DNA of 64,000 nucleotides from Chitinophagia bacterium (GCA_046309555.1 JBKCOY010000066.1:2694-66693); one strand, 5' to 3'. Positions 1 through 10,497 are shown, numbered from the stretch's first letter. Notes: generated by a model not told the origin, from the sequence alone. Made by a program: numbers and translations.

Positions 1-9
1 TTTTTTCAT
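1..9 (-). CDS. Possible start (ATG AAA AAA) of a gene running off the left edge
   Basis: ttttttcat at 1-9, with a minus-strand TATATTTG box at 28-35 just upstream; only 3 codons visible. Confidence 0.3.
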
Positions 10-27
10 TAGAATAGTGTTGTTATG

Positions 28-35
28 CAAATATA
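28..35 (-). promoter_or_regulatory. Bacteroidota sigma-70-type -7 element (TAnnTTTG)
   Basis: caaatata on + strand = TATATTTG on - strand. Confidence 0.45.
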
Positions 36-191
36 AAACTCATTTTTAACTGTTTTAGTATGTGAACTACTCTTTTTTTCCCTTTTTAGCTGTTTTTAAC
101 TTCGTTTTTTGGCTTGTTTTCTCTTTCATAGCAGTTGATTTTCGCATTAAACAAGTTAATTTCATCTTATCTTGTGCAGATAAATTTTAAT

Positions 192-968
192 ATGAATATC
201 CTTCTCCAGAGGCCTATTGTTTTTCTTGATCTTGAGACTACAGGACTAAATTTGGCAGTAGACAGGGTAGTGGAAATAGCCCTGCTCAAAGTGAATGTTG
301 ATGGGCAGCGTACAGTCAAACGCAAATTGATCAACCCGGAAAGGCATATTCCTGAGGAAGTATCCGCCATACATGGTATAACTGATGAAATGGTAAAGGA
401 TGCACCCACCTTCCGACAGGTCGCCAATGAAGTAAAACAATTTCTGGAAGGGGCTGATCTGGGAGGATACAATTCAAACAAATTTGACTGGCCATTGCTT
501 GTTGAGGAATTTCTAAGGACCGGAATTGAATTTTCAATTGAAGGTAAAAAACTCCTGGATGTTCAAAAGATCTATCATTTAATGGAACCCAGGAATCTTT
601 CTGCTGCTTATAGGTTCTATTGTGCAAAAGAACTTGAGAATGCCCATAGTGCAGAAACAGATGTCAATGCAACCTGGGAGGTTTTTCAATCGCAGGTCAA
701 TCAATATCCACAACTCGGCAATTCTATTGATTCCGTTTTAAAAGTGATTGGTGAGGATGAGATAGTGGATTTTGCCAGAAGAATGGTGATGGAAAACGGA
801 AAAATCGTTTTCAATTTTGGGAAACACAAAGGTAGACAGGTTGAAGAAGTATTGCGTGTTGAACCTTCTTACTATGACTGGATCATGAAAAGTGAATTCG
901 CTTTGCACACAAAAATGAAACTCACCGAGATATTCAACCGGTCCATGCTCAAGAATAAAAATAATTAG
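192..968 (+). CDS. DEDDh 3'-5' exonuclease (DnaQ/Pol III epsilon-like) with short C-terminal FGKHKG domain
   Basis: ExoI motif FLDLETTG, ExoIII HSAETD, C-terminal FNFGKHKG; ATG at 192 preferred to the track start at 135. Confidence 0.88.
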   Translation: MNILLQRPIVFLDLETTGLNLAVDRVVEIALLKVNVDGQRTVKRKLINPERHIPEEVSAIHGITDEMVKDAPTFRQVANEVKQFLEGADLGGYNSNKFDWPLLVEEFLRTGIEFSIEGKKLLDVQKIYHLMEPRNLSAAYRFYCAKELENAHSAETDVNATWEVFQSQVNQYPQLGNSIDSVLKVIGEDEIVDFARRMVMENGKIVFNFGKHKGRQVEEVLRVEPSYYDWIMKSEFALHTKMKLTEIFNRSMLKNKNN

Positions 969-969
969 A

Positions 970-1710
970 CTGAAAAAGCTGGTCATCATACCAACTTATA
1001 AGGAAAAAGAAAATGTTTCCAACATCATCTCGGCTATTCTGGGATTGAACAAGGATTATCATATCCTGATTATCGATGATAATTCACCTGACGGAACAGC
1101 AGCTATTGTAAAAGATTTACAGTTGAGACACCAGCAGGATCTTTTTCTAGTTGAACGTTCCGGAAAACTCGGATTGGGAACTGCCTACATCTTGGGTTTT
1201 GAATGGGCGCTTGAAAGAGGTTACACTCATATTTTTGAAATGGATGCCGATTTCTCTCACAATCCTGAAGATTTGGAGCGGCTGTATGCAGCCTGCACAA
1301 CAGGGGGAGCAGATCTGGCCATTGGCTCTCGTTATGTAAAAGGAGGAGAGATTGAGAACTGGCCTTTCAGCAGAAAGTTAATCTCAAAGGGTGGTGCCTT
1401 GTACAGCAAGCTCTTTACCTGGATGCCGGTTAATGATCCCACTGCCGGATTCATTTGTTATACCAGTAAAGTCTTATCGGCCATGAATTTGTCCAATATT
1501 CGCTTCATTGGTTATGCGTTCCAGATAGAAATGAAATTTGCTGCGTGGCGTCTTGGATTTATCATCAAAGAGGTGCCGATTGTTTTTCGCGACAGAGAAC
1601 ATGGAGCCTCTAAAATGACAAAAGGCATCATCAGAGAGGGGATCGTTGGTGTTGTTTCCATGCAATGGCAATATTTGATAGGCGACTATATAAAGCGGAT
1701 AAGAAAATGA
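970..1710 (+). CDS. Polyprenol-phosphate mannosyltransferase (GT2, DPM1-like); probable CTG start
   Basis: IIDDNSPDGT, KLGLGTAY, EMDADFSH, AIGSRY motifs; the N-terminal strand KLVIIPTYKEKEN is encoded in frame upstream of the track TTG, starting at CTG 970. Confidence 0.88.
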   Translation: MKKLVIIPTYKEKENVSNIISAILGLNKDYHILIIDDNSPDGTAAIVKDLQLRHQQDLFLVERSGKLGLGTAYILGFEWALERGYTHIFEMDADFSHNPEDLERLYAACTTGGADLAIGSRYVKGGEIENWPFSRKLISKGGALYSKLFTWMPVNDPTAGFICYTSKVLSAMNLSNIRFIGYAFQIEMKFAAWRLGFIIKEVPIVFRDREHGASKMTKGIIREGIVGVVSMQWQYLIGDYIKRIRK

Positions 1711-1729
1711 AAACCTTGTCATCCTTCAT

Positions 1730-2611
1730 ATGAAAAAGGCTTTTCTTCAGTTACACATCGCCATTTTTTTAGCAGGATTTACAGGTGTTTTTGGCAGACT
1801 GATTACCATTAATGAAGCATTACTGGTTTGGTACAGGATGTTCTTTGCTGCCATAATCCTTTTGGTCATTGCTATGTTTACCAGAAAGCTGGTGCATCCC
1901 GACAGGAAAACCAAGTTTAGACTCATCGGTATCGGATTCATCATTGCCTTGCACTGGGTATTTTTTTATGGCAGCATCAAATATGCAAATATTTCAGTTG
2001 GTTTGGTATGCTTCTCTGCCATGGGATTTTTTTCATCCTTGCTGGAGCCTTTTATCCTAAAACGCAAGTTTGATTTTGTTGAAATGCTGTTGGGCTTTAT
2101 TGTGATGATAGGAGTCTATCTGATCTTTCACTTTGGAAATCAATACCGAACAGGCATTATTTTTGGGATTATTTCGTCTCTGCTTGCAGCAAGCTTTACC
2201 ATTTTTAACAAGAAGCTGGTTGGCAGATGTGATCCGGAAACAATCACATTTTATGAACTGGGGGGTGGGTGGTTGACCTTGACATTCTTTTTACCGATCT
2301 ACTTTTACTGGATACCTGTCGGACGCATCATCCCATCAGGATCGGACTTGTTTTGGTTGCTCGTGATGAGTTTGTTTTGCACAGTTCTTGCCTTTAACCT
2401 TTCTATTCGTTCTCTTCAAAAAATATCTCCATTCACCGTAAATCTCAGCTATAACCTTGAACCGGTTTACGGTATTGCGTTGGCATTTCTAATCTATAAA
2501 GAGCACACCTTGCTGGGTTTTTCATTTTACATCGGACTTGCCCTGATCATCCTCACTGTGTTGATCCAAACCTGGCGTTCATGGCGAGGTCATGTCAAAA
2601 CAGAGACATAG
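1730..2611 (+). CDS. DMT/EamA family transporter
   Basis: 293 aa, about 10 hydrophobic segments in two repeats, HWVFFYGSIK and NLEPVYGI motifs. Confidence 0.88.
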   Translation: MKKAFLQLHIAIFLAGFTGVFGRLITINEALLVWYRMFFAAIILLVIAMFTRKLVHPDRKTKFRLIGIGFIIALHWVFFYGSIKYANISVGLVCFSAMGFFSSLLEPFILKRKFDFVEMLLGFIVMIGVYLIFHFGNQYRTGIIFGIISSLLAASFTIFNKKLVGRCDPETITFYELGGGWLTLTFFLPIYFYWIPVGRIIPSGSDLFWLLVMSLFCTVLAFNLSIRSLQKISPFTVNLSYNLEPVYGIALAFLIYKEHTLLGFSFYIGLALIILTVLIQTWRSWRGHVKTET

Positions 2612-2622
2612 ACAAGAATGAG

Positions 2623-2630
2623 TATATTTG
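2623..2630 (+). promoter_or_regulatory. -7 promoter element TATATTTG
   Basis: Exact TAnnTTTG match 33 nt before the ATG at 2664. Confidence 0.55.
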
Positions 2631-2663
2631 AAGAGATAAATTCTTCATGCCTAAAATTCTCAC

Positions 2664-5597
2664 ATGACAAGGAATATAGTAGTATTGCTCTTTCTGTTAG
2701 GTATCTCTCTGAATTTGTTTTCACAGAAAAAACCATTGGATCACAGCGTCTATGATGGCTGGCAGTCTATTGGGGAAAGAAAAATAAATGCATCAGGTGA
2801 ATGGATTGCCTATGTGATTGATGTACAAGAGGGTGATGGCAATCTGATCATCCAAAAAACAGATTCGTCTTTTCAGCAATCTTTTCCGAGAGGTTATGGG
2901 TCAAATTTCTCATACGATGGAAGGTATCTTGTATTCAAAATAAAACCTCCGTATGCTGATGTTAGAAATGCCAGGATCAAAAAGAAAAAGCCTGAAGACA
3001 TGCCCAAGGATTCACTCGCTATTTATGATCTTTTAACTCAAACAGTAGAAAAAATCGCAAATATATCCGCCTTTAAAATGCCGGAGAAATCTGCCGGTTT
3101 CCTTGCTGTTCACATGCTGAAAAAGCCTGCTGATACAACACGGAAACCACCATCAAAGGATACTGTTGTTGTTTCAAAAGATACAGTGAAAAAGAATATC
3201 CCTCTGATCATTGAACAAGTCCCCGATAAAAAACAAAAAAGAAAACTAAGCGGCAAAACCGAACAGGATGATGAAGACTTTGAGTTTGATGCTGATGGCG
3301 ATGAAAATGCTGCTGGCCCCGTTCAGGAAGGAACAGAACTCCTGGTATACCAATTGGGCTCTACCAAGAAATTGTCATTCCCACTGGTGAATGAATTTTA
3401 CTGGAGTGATAATGCCAAAATTCTTTTGCTGGAAACATCCGGCAGCAAGTCAGATAAATCCATCAAACCTTCAGTTTCCATCTGGCGCTCTGCAGAAGAC
3501 AGGACTGACACATTGTTGAAAGGCGGTAATGATTTTAAAAATTTTGCGATCGATGACAATGGTTATCAGATCGCCTTTCTTGCTGAAAGAGATAGTGCCT
3601 TCAAGTCACTTCAAAAGTTTTATAAACTCTGGTACTGGAGAAATGGTGACAAAGAGGCTACTGTGCTGGCAGATAAGTTTACAAGAGGGATGAAGGCCAA
3701 TTGGACCGTCAGTGAAAATTCTTCACCCAATTTTAGTCGTTCTGGGAAAAAAATATTTTTCGGTACCGCACCCATCAAGCCTATCAGAGATACTTCTTTG
3801 ATCGATATGGACCTTGTGAAACTTGATATCTGGCACTATAACGACGATTATCTTCAGTCCTATCAACTGAAAACCGTTGATCAGGAAAACAGACGATCTT
3901 ACCTATCATCTGTTGATCTGTATAGCAAGTCTTTTGTTCAGCTAGGCGATACGGATGTTCCATCCATTGTTACTTCAAAAGAGGGTGATGGAAACCTCAT
4001 CATTGGAGTAACCGATAAAGGGAATCGTATTGCTATGCAGTGGGAGGGTGGAACAAAGAAATCAATCTATTTGATTGATCCGGTTTCAGGTGATAAGAAA
4101 AAAATAATTTCCGATCTGAACGGAATGCCGCAAATGTCTCCAGATGGCAACTATGTAATTTGGTACGACATGGTTCAAAAAAACTATTTTACATATAGCA
4201 ATGGTATCACTGCCAATATCAGCAAATCAATCCCCCATAAATTATACGATGAAGAATACGATATGCCTTCAGAGCCCACACCCTACGGTATCATGAGATG
4301 GCATCAACAAGATTCATTTGTATATGTATATGACCGCTATGATATATGGCGACTTGATCCTGCCGGTAAGAAATCACCCTTGAATATCACATCCGGTTTG
4401 GGTAGAAAAAATGCATTGTCTTATCGATATGTCAATCTTGACCCCGAAGAAAAATATCTTACTTCAGAGCAAACGATTGTTTTGAAAACTTTCAATGAAA
4501 AAAATAAAAATGCAGGACTGTCCAGTTTGAAGATCTGCTGTGGCAATGCTCCTGTTGAATTACAATCCGGTCCCTTCGCTTTGGGTCTCATACTCAAAGC
4601 CAGATCATCAGATAATTATATCTATACGAAGGAAACTTTTTCCAAATCTCCCGATGTGCATTTTTCTCCAGATCTTAGAACAGACAAAAAATTAAGCGCT
4701 ATCAATCCCCAGCAATCATCTTACAACTGGATGACTGCTGAACTCTATACCTGGAAAGCCTATGATGGGAAAACCGCTACAGGTATTGTATACAAGCCGG
4801 AAGGATTTGTTCCCGGTAAAAAGTATCCGATGATCGCGTATTTCTATGAAACATTGTCTGATGGTTTATACAATTATCAGGCACCTTCTCCAACCCCCAG
4901 TAGACTCAACATACCTTTCTTTGTGAGTCGCGGTTATATTGTACTTGCTCCAGATATTCATTATAAAGATGGATATCCCGGAAGAGCAGCTTTTGACTAT
5001 GTTGTGAGTGGTGCGAGATCTCTGGTGAAAAAAGGTTGGGTTGACAGCACCAAGATGGGCATACAAGGACAAAGCTGGGGAGGATATCAGGTAGCACATA
5101 TCATTACCAGAACTCCATTGTTTGCTGCCGCATGGGCAGGAGCACCTGTAGCTAACATGACGAGTGCATACGGTGGTATTCGCTGGGAGAGTGGCATGAA
5201 CAGGCAATTCCAGTATGAAAAATCTCAGAGTCGCATCGGAGCAACTCTCTGGCAAAAGCCTCAGTTGTATATAGAAAATTCACCTTTGTTTCATTTGCCA
5301 AAAGTGAAAACTCCTTTGGTGGTCATGTCGAACGACAATGATGGTGCCGTTCCCTGGTATCAGGGTATTGAAATGTTTACTGCCATGCGAAGGTTGAACA
5401 AAAAAGTATGGCTCTTGAATTATAATGGTGAAGCACACAACCTGATAGAACGAAAGAACCGCAAGGATATACAAATAAGGGAGCAGCAATTTTTCGACTG
5501 GTTGTTGAAAGGAGAGAAGCCTTCGGTTTGGTTAATGGAAGGGGTGCCTGCAATTGACAAAGGAAGGAGTTGGGGTCTCGAGTCCAGCCTCAATTGA
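2664..5597 (+). CDS. Secreted S9 family (prolyl oligopeptidase-like) peptidase
   Basis: Signal peptide, beta-propeller-like N-region, nucleophile GQSWGG, candidate Asp (NDNDG) and His (EAHN). Confidence 0.9.
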   Translation: MTRNIVVLLFLLGISLNLFSQKKPLDHSVYDGWQSIGERKINASGEWIAYVIDVQEGDGNLIIQKTDSSFQQSFPRGYGSNFSYDGRYLVFKIKPPYADVRNARIKKKKPEDMPKDSLAIYDLLTQTVEKIANISAFKMPEKSAGFLAVHMLKKPADTTRKPPSKDTVVVSKDTVKKNIPLIIEQVPDKKQKRKLSGKTEQDDEDFEFDADGDENAAGPVQEGTELLVYQLGSTKKLSFPLVNEFYWSDNAKILLLETSGSKSDKSIKPSVSIWRSAEDRTDTLLKGGNDFKNFAIDDNGYQIAFLAERDSAFKSLQKFYKLWYWRNGDKEATVLADKFTRGMKANWTVSENSSPNFSRSGKKIFFGTAPIKPIRDTSLIDMDLVKLDIWHYNDDYLQSYQLKTVDQENRRSYLSSVDLYSKSFVQLGDTDVPSIVTSKEGDGNLIIGVTDKGNRIAMQWEGGTKKSIYLIDPVSGDKKKIISDLNGMPQMSPDGNYVIWYDMVQKNYFTYSNGITANISKSIPHKLYDEEYDMPSEPTPYGIMRWHQQDSFVYVYDRYDIWRLDPAGKKSPLNITSGLGRKNALSYRYVNLDPEEKYLTSEQTIVLKTFNEKNKNAGLSSLKICCGNAPVELQSGPFALGLILKARSSDNYIYTKETFSKSPDVHFSPDLRTDKKLSAINPQQSSYNWMTAELYTWKAYDGKTATGIVYKPEGFVPGKKYPMIAYFYETLSDGLYNYQAPSPTPSRLNIPFFVSRGYIVLAPDIHYKDGYPGRAAFDYVVSGARSLVKKGWVDSTKMGIQGQSWGGYQVAHIITRTPLFAAAWAGAPVANMTSAYGGIRWESGMNRQFQYEKSQSRIGATLWQKPQLYIENSPLFHLPKVKTPLVVMSNDNDGAVPWYQGIEMFTAMRRLNKKVWLLNYNGEAHNLIERKNRKDIQIREQQFFDWLLKGEKPSVWLMEGVPAIDKGRSWGLESSLN

Positions 5598-5602
5598 TCG
5601 CA

Positions 5603-7795
5603 TCAAATCCTAAGAAGACCAACCTTATAAAGGTTGCTCACAGGTTTATTGTCGATGAATAATTCAAAGTCTTCAAGACCGCTGTTTTCATAATCGGTCT
5701 TTAATTCTTGCATAGACATCATTGTGCCGGAATTGCTGAGTTTTTTCAGCGCTGTCAATAGCCAATCCGCATGTTGAACAGGAAGATCAATGCTGAGTAT
5801 GGCTGTTTTGTTCACAAAGCTGATGGAAGTCATCTCTCTTTGCTGTCCTTTTTTCGATTGGGTGAAGTTCTTTGCCTCCATTATTTTGCCCAGCCAGATA
5901 ACCTTGCTTTCGGGCCGGAAGGGCAGCCATTCTTGTTCTGAAATGATCTTTTCTATATGATCTTTGGCTATTTTGGTTTGAGGGATCTTGAATTCAAACC
6001 ATTTTTGCAAAGAATCATCCAGGCAGTTTTGTTGCATGTAGTTGAAGAGTGACTTTTTTAAACCAAAGCTGTATTTCTCATGATCAGCACCGGTGGGATC
6101 TTCATGTTCCCGATCATTGTTTGCAAAGCTGCCTATAGAAGATTTGTTTTTTACGTTGAATTTTTCGGGATCAAGTCCAACCGGACTATGCGCAGTCATG
6201 GTGAACTGATGCCAGAAAGCTGATTGCAATACTCCTGTCTTGAAGAGTTGTCTGACCATCTCGAGCGAGTCAATGGTTTCCTGATCGGTTTGTGTTGGGA
6301 ATCCATACATGAGGTAGGCATGAACCATTATGCCGGCTTCTGTAAAATGTTGATTCACCTTGGCCACCTGGGCAACAGTTATTCCCTTATCGATTAGTCC
6401 CAGCAACCTGTCTGATGCCACCTCCAGTCCACCACTTACTGCAATACATCCCGAAGCCCTGAGCAAAAAGCATAGGTCTCTGGTAAAGTTTTTTTCAAAA
6501 CGGATATTGGTCCACCAGCTTACCACCAGGTTTCTTTTGATGATCTCTATTGCCAGCGCTTTCATCAGGGAAGGAGGTGCTGCTTCATCAACAAAATGAA
6601 AACCATTTTGTCCGGTTGCTTCGATCAGTTGTTCCATCCTGTCGCAGATCAGACTGGCAGCAACAGGCTCATATACCTTGATGTAATCAAGGCTGATGTC
6701 GCAAAATGTGCATTTCCCCCAATAACAGCCATGGGCCATGGTTAGCTTGTTCCACCTTCCGTCACTCCACAACCTGTGCATGGGATTTGCTATTTCCACT
6801 GCTGAGATATAATCCTGCAAAGGCAAACCGCTGTAATCCGGAGTACCTGTTTCGGATTGTTTATAGTCCCGGCAACTTGCATTATTGATATAGGTTACTT
6901 TATTTTCTTGCAGTAGAAAAGTTCTTTTTAATTCGGATGCAAAACATTTTCCATTCAGGTGATCCAGTAATTTCTCTATCGGTGCTTCGCCGTCATCAAG
7001 GGTGATGAAATCAAAAAATTCAAATACCCTGATGTCTGTAAGGGATCGCAGTTCAGTATTTGGGAATCCTCCTCCCATCGCAACCTTTATCTCGGGGTGA
7101 TGTTGCTTAAGCCATTGAGCACATCGAAAAGCAGCATATAGATTTCCAGGAAAAGGAACTGAAAAAGCTACAAGGGTTGGATGAATCCTGTTGATATGGT
7201 CCTCCAATAATTCCAGATAGATTGCGTCCACATAAGTTTTATCTTTTTTCAGTGATCCATACAGCTCATCAAAGCTGTTTGCACTTCTGCCCAGTTTTTC
7301 CGCATACCTGCTGAACCCAAAATGTTCATCCGTTGTCTCCTGTATCAGATCGGAAAGGTCTTCCAGATACATGGTGCAGAGAAATTTTGAATGATCATTC
7401 ATGCCCATGTTGCCGAATGCCCATTCGAGGTGTTCTGTATTGGAAAAACGGGATGCTTCGGGAAGAAATTTTCTTTTGCTGATGGTATAGGCCAGTGTTG
7501 GCGATTTTCCTTGTAAAAAGGATATTACATGATTGATCGTTAGCAGGTATTCATCTTTTAAAGTGAGAATTCTTCTCGCATTGTCCGACAGTACAGGATT
7601 TTTGGCATTTATATGATTGAAAAGATCCTCCAGCCCTTTTCTGCAGAACAGTTGGATAATGGTTTCTATACCAAGATCGGCTTGTACCGAATCAATATTT
7701 TTGGTGTTGAGAAACCCTTTTAAATAAGCGGTTGCAGGATAGGGAGTATTCAGTTGTGTAAATGGGGGCGTTACCAGAAATACAGGGTCCTGCAC
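5603..7795 (-). CDS. Cobalamin-binding-domain radical SAM protein (class B-like); GTG start
   Basis: CxxxCxxC motif CYWGKCTFC, N-terminal domain with FSVPFPGN and MGGGF, FVDEAAPP; start overlaps the upstream stop by 1 nt. Confidence 0.85.
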   Translation of the reverse strand: MQDPVFLVTPPFTQLNTPYPATAYLKGFLNTKNIDSVQADLGIETIIQLFCRKGLEDLFNHINAKNPVLSDNARRILTLKDEYLLTINHVISFLQGKSPTLAYTISKRKFLPEASRFSNTEHLEWAFGNMGMNDHSKFLCTMYLEDLSDLIQETTDEHFGFSRYAEKLGRSANSFDELYGSLKKDKTYVDAIYLELLEDHINRIHPTLVAFSVPFPGNLYAAFRCAQWLKQHHPEIKVAMGGGFPNTELRSLTDIRVFEFFDFITLDDGEAPIEKLLDHLNGKCFASELKRTFLLQENKVTYINNASCRDYKQSETGTPDYSGLPLQDYISAVEIANPMHRLWSDGRWNKLTMAHGCYWGKCTFCDISLDYIKVYEPVAASLICDRMEQLIEATGQNGFHFVDEAAPPSLMKALAIEIIKRNLVVSWWTNIRFEKNFTRDLCFLLRASGCIAVSGGLEVASDRLLGLIDKGITVAQVAKVNQHFTEAGIMVHAYLMYGFPTQTDQETIDSLEMVRQLFKTGVLQSAFWHQFTMTAHSPVGLDPEKFNVKNKSSIGSFANNDREHEDPTGADHEKYSFGLKKSLFNYMQQNCLDDSLQKWFEFKIPQTKIAKDHIEKIISEQEWLPFRPESKVIWLGKIMEAKNFTQSKKGQQREMTSISFVNKTAILSIDLPVQHADWLLTALKKLSNSGTMMSMQELKTDYENSGLEDFELFIDNKPVSNLYKVGLLRI

Positions 7796-9183
7796 TAGAT
7801 TGTACGGTTGGTGTCAAAAGATTCCAATTCATTTACAAAGGCAGACAGAAACAGGGAACCCATTCCGCCATCTATGATCCTGTGGTCATATGAAATAGAG
7901 ACAAACATCATATGTCTGATCACAATGCTGTCTCCTTTTTCTGTTTCCACCACAACTGGTTTTTTCTTGATGGCTCCCGTTGCCAGAATGGCCACCTGTG
8001 GCTGATTGATGATGGGAGTGCCCATCAGGCTACCGAAAGTGCCAACGTTGGTGAAGGTGAACGTACCCTCCTGAATATCCGATGGGCTCAGTTGTCCCTT
8101 CCTGGCCTGGTTGGCCAAACGATTTACATGTTTGGTGATGCCGATGATGCTCAACTGATCGGCATACCGGATCACCGGTACGATAAGATTACCATTTGGA
8201 AGTGCGGTTGCCATTCCGATGTTCACATCTTTTTTCAGTAAGATCTTATCACCCTCAACACTGGAGTTGAGCATGGGATATTTCCTGATGCATTTGGCAA
8301 TGGCTTCAATGAAAATGGGGGTGAAGGTTATCTTTTCTCCTTCTCTTTTTTCAAATTCATTTTTGACCTTTTCTCTCCATTTGACCAGATTGGTAACGTC
8401 AGCTTCTGCAAAGCTGGTTACATGGGCACTTGTGTCAAGGCTTTTCCGCATGTGATCTGCGATCAGTCTGCGCATCCTGTCCATTTCAATAACCTCTACA
8501 TTGCCCAAGGGCTGTTGGAATTGAGGGGAAGGTTGATTGATATTTTTTTCTGGAAGTTCTGTTCTGCTTTGTTCTACTGGCTGGTTTTGATATCCAGCTG
8601 AACTTACCGTGTGCTGATAAGTAGATTGTTGTGCCTGTCCACGCTTTCTATCGATATAATCAAGGATGTCTTTTTTGGAAACACGGCCATCATTGCCACT
8701 GCCGGCTATTTTTTCCAACTCTGCCAGTCCGATACCTTCTCTGCTGGCAATGTTCATAACAAGAGGGGAGTAGAATCGCGCGCCCTCCTGTTTTGGTTTA
8801 ACAATTGCTGAAACAGGCTGATAAGGAACAGCAATTTCAGCTCCATTGTCAGTTTGATGATGTCCGTTTCCAGAAGGCAACGGCATTGCAGCTGAAGGGG
8901 CAGATACAGGAGGTTCGGTTTTAACAGGTTCCGCTTCAGATGACATGGTTTTCACCCTGGCGATAACGGATCCGATGGAAATGACGTCGTTTTCCTTGCA
9001 GAGTATTTCTTCCAGAACACCCTCTGCTGTGGAAGGGACCTCGCTGTCTACTTTGTCTGTGGCAATATCCAGAAGTGTGTCATCGATCTTGACCACATCA
9101 CCCACTTTCTTGTGCCAGCGCAGCACGGTTGCTTCCATGATGCTTTCGCCAAGTTTGGGCATTATGATGTTGACAATCGACAT
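7795..9183 (-). CDS. 2-oxo-acid dehydrogenase E2 (dihydrolipoamide acyltransferase), single lipoyl domain
   Basis: MPKLGES, lipoyl motif TDKVDSEVPS, E3-binding GSGNDGRVSKKD, catalytic DHRIIDG. Confidence 0.93.
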   Translation of the reverse strand: MSIVNIIMPKLGESIMEATVLRWHKKVGDVVKIDDTLLDIATDKVDSEVPSTAEGVLEEILCKENDVISIGSVIARVKTMSSEAEPVKTEPPVSAPSAAMPLPSGNGHHQTDNGAEIAVPYQPVSAIVKPKQEGARFYSPLVMNIASREGIGLAELEKIAGSGNDGRVSKKDILDYIDRKRGQAQQSTYQHTVSSAGYQNQPVEQSRTELPEKNINQPSPQFQQPLGNVEVIEMDRMRRLIADHMRKSLDTSAHVTSFAEADVTNLVKWREKVKNEFEKREGEKITFTPIFIEAIAKCIRKYPMLNSSVEGDKILLKKDVNIGMATALPNGNLIVPVIRYADQLSIIGITKHVNRLANQARKGQLSPSDIQEGTFTFTNVGTFGSLMGTPIINQPQVAILATGAIKKKPVVVETEKGDSIVIRHMMFVSISYDHRIIDGGMGSLFLSAFVNELESFDTNRTI

Positions 9184-9255
9184 GAACTATCTTCCTCTCA
9201 ATTTGGTGTAAAAATAGATGTTTTAGGGGATGCTTTGTGTGTTTTGGGAGCCAAC

Positions 9256-10497
9256 TTATCCCATATTTTTCCTCAAAAAGTCGAGTGCATGTGCAGCTGT
9301 CAATTCAATATTTCTTTTTCGATCGAACCGAAAATGAAAGGCAATCGATGCTGTTGATGTTGGTGTTGAGCAGGCGACATAAACTGTACCTACCGGTTTT
9401 GTTTCAGTGCCACCACCCGGACCCATGATTCCTGATGTTGCCAATGAAAAATCAGAACCTGTTCTTTCTCTGACACCAATAGCCATCTTGATTACGGTTT
9501 CCATACTGACAGCACCATGATTGTCTAATGATTCCTGGTCTACCCCCAGTAATTTTTTCTTCACCTCATTGTCATAGGCGATCACAGATCCCAGAAAAAA
9601 ACCGCTGCTACCGGGTATGCTGGTCAGCAGATGGGAAATATATCCTCCGGTGCAGCTTTCAGCCACAGATAAGGTCTGTTTTCTGTTCAGTAGTTTTTCT
9701 GCAATAGTACCCTGAATGGTGAGATCCTTGTCTACAACCAAATATTCACTGACAAGCAGCTTTAGTTTTTCAAACTGCTCGTCAACAGGTGCATTGTCGG
9801 TTTGGCTACTCAGTCTAATTCTTACCATACCATAGTTTGGCAGATACGCCATTTTAATGGAGGATGGCAGTTCTGATTCAAATCCGATCAATTTTTCAGC
9901 CAAAAAGGATTCTCCGATGCCGGCCGTCAATAACGTTCTGTGCTGAACAGGTTTTAAGATGAACCTTTCTTTGATGGCGGGAATGACATCCAGTGTCATC
10001 ATGCCTTTCATTTCATTAGGAACCCCGGGCATGCTCACAAAAATGACACCATTTTTCTCAAACCACATACCAGGTGCTGTTCCTCTACTATTTTGAATGA
10101 CCCTGCAATTGTTGGGCACCTCTGCCTGTTTCAGATTTCTATCCAATAGAGGGCGATTCAGTTTTTTGGTGAAAATCTCAATTACATTTTCTCTTGCGGC
10201 TTCATCAACCACCATTTTGCCACCAAAAAATTCACACAATAGAGGCTTGGTGATATCGTCGGAAGTAGGTCCGAGTCCGCCAGTAATGAGTATCAATTGT
10301 GCAGTTTGTGATTCTTCTTCCAGCGCTGACCAGATCTCCTGCCATGCATCACCCACTGCGACTCTTCTTTTAACAGTAACGCCTATATTATTCAGCTCGG
10401 TGGCCATCCATGCACTATTGGTATCTATTGTCTGACCAATGAGGAGTTCATCTCCTATGGTAATCAGCGTGGCATGAATATTTTCTTGATTGTTCAT
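9256..10497 (-). CDS. cinA: CinA family protein (MoCF-like domain + PncC NMN deamidase domain)
   Basis: IGDELLIGQTIDTNS, TGGLGPTSDD, AESCTGG, SGIMGPGG. Confidence 0.92.
   Translation of the reverse strand: MNNQENIHATLITIGDELLIGQTIDTNSAWMATELNNIGVTVKRRVAVGDAWQEIWSALEEESQTAQLILITGGLGPTSDDITKPLLCEFFGGKMVVDEAARENVIEIFTKKLNRPLLDRNLKQAEVPNNCRVIQNSRGTAPGMWFEKNGVIFVSMPGVPNEMKGMMTLDVIPAIKERFILKPVQHRTLLTAGIGESFLAEKLIGFESELPSSIKMAYLPNYGMVRIRLSSQTDNAPVDEQFEKLKLLVSEYLVVDKDLTIQGTIAEKLLNRKQTLSVAESCTGGYISHLLTSIPGSSGFFLGSVIAYDNEVKKKLLGVDQESLDNHGAVSMETVIKMAIGVRERTGSDFSLATSGIMGPGGGTETKPVGTVYVACSTPTSTASIAFHFRFDRKRNIELTAAHALDFLRKNMG

Noticed and set aside
3100-3320. Lys-rich and acidic low-complexity stretch in the S9 peptidase
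   Set aside because: Looks like a flexible linker; no nucleotide-level tandem repeat or frameshift.
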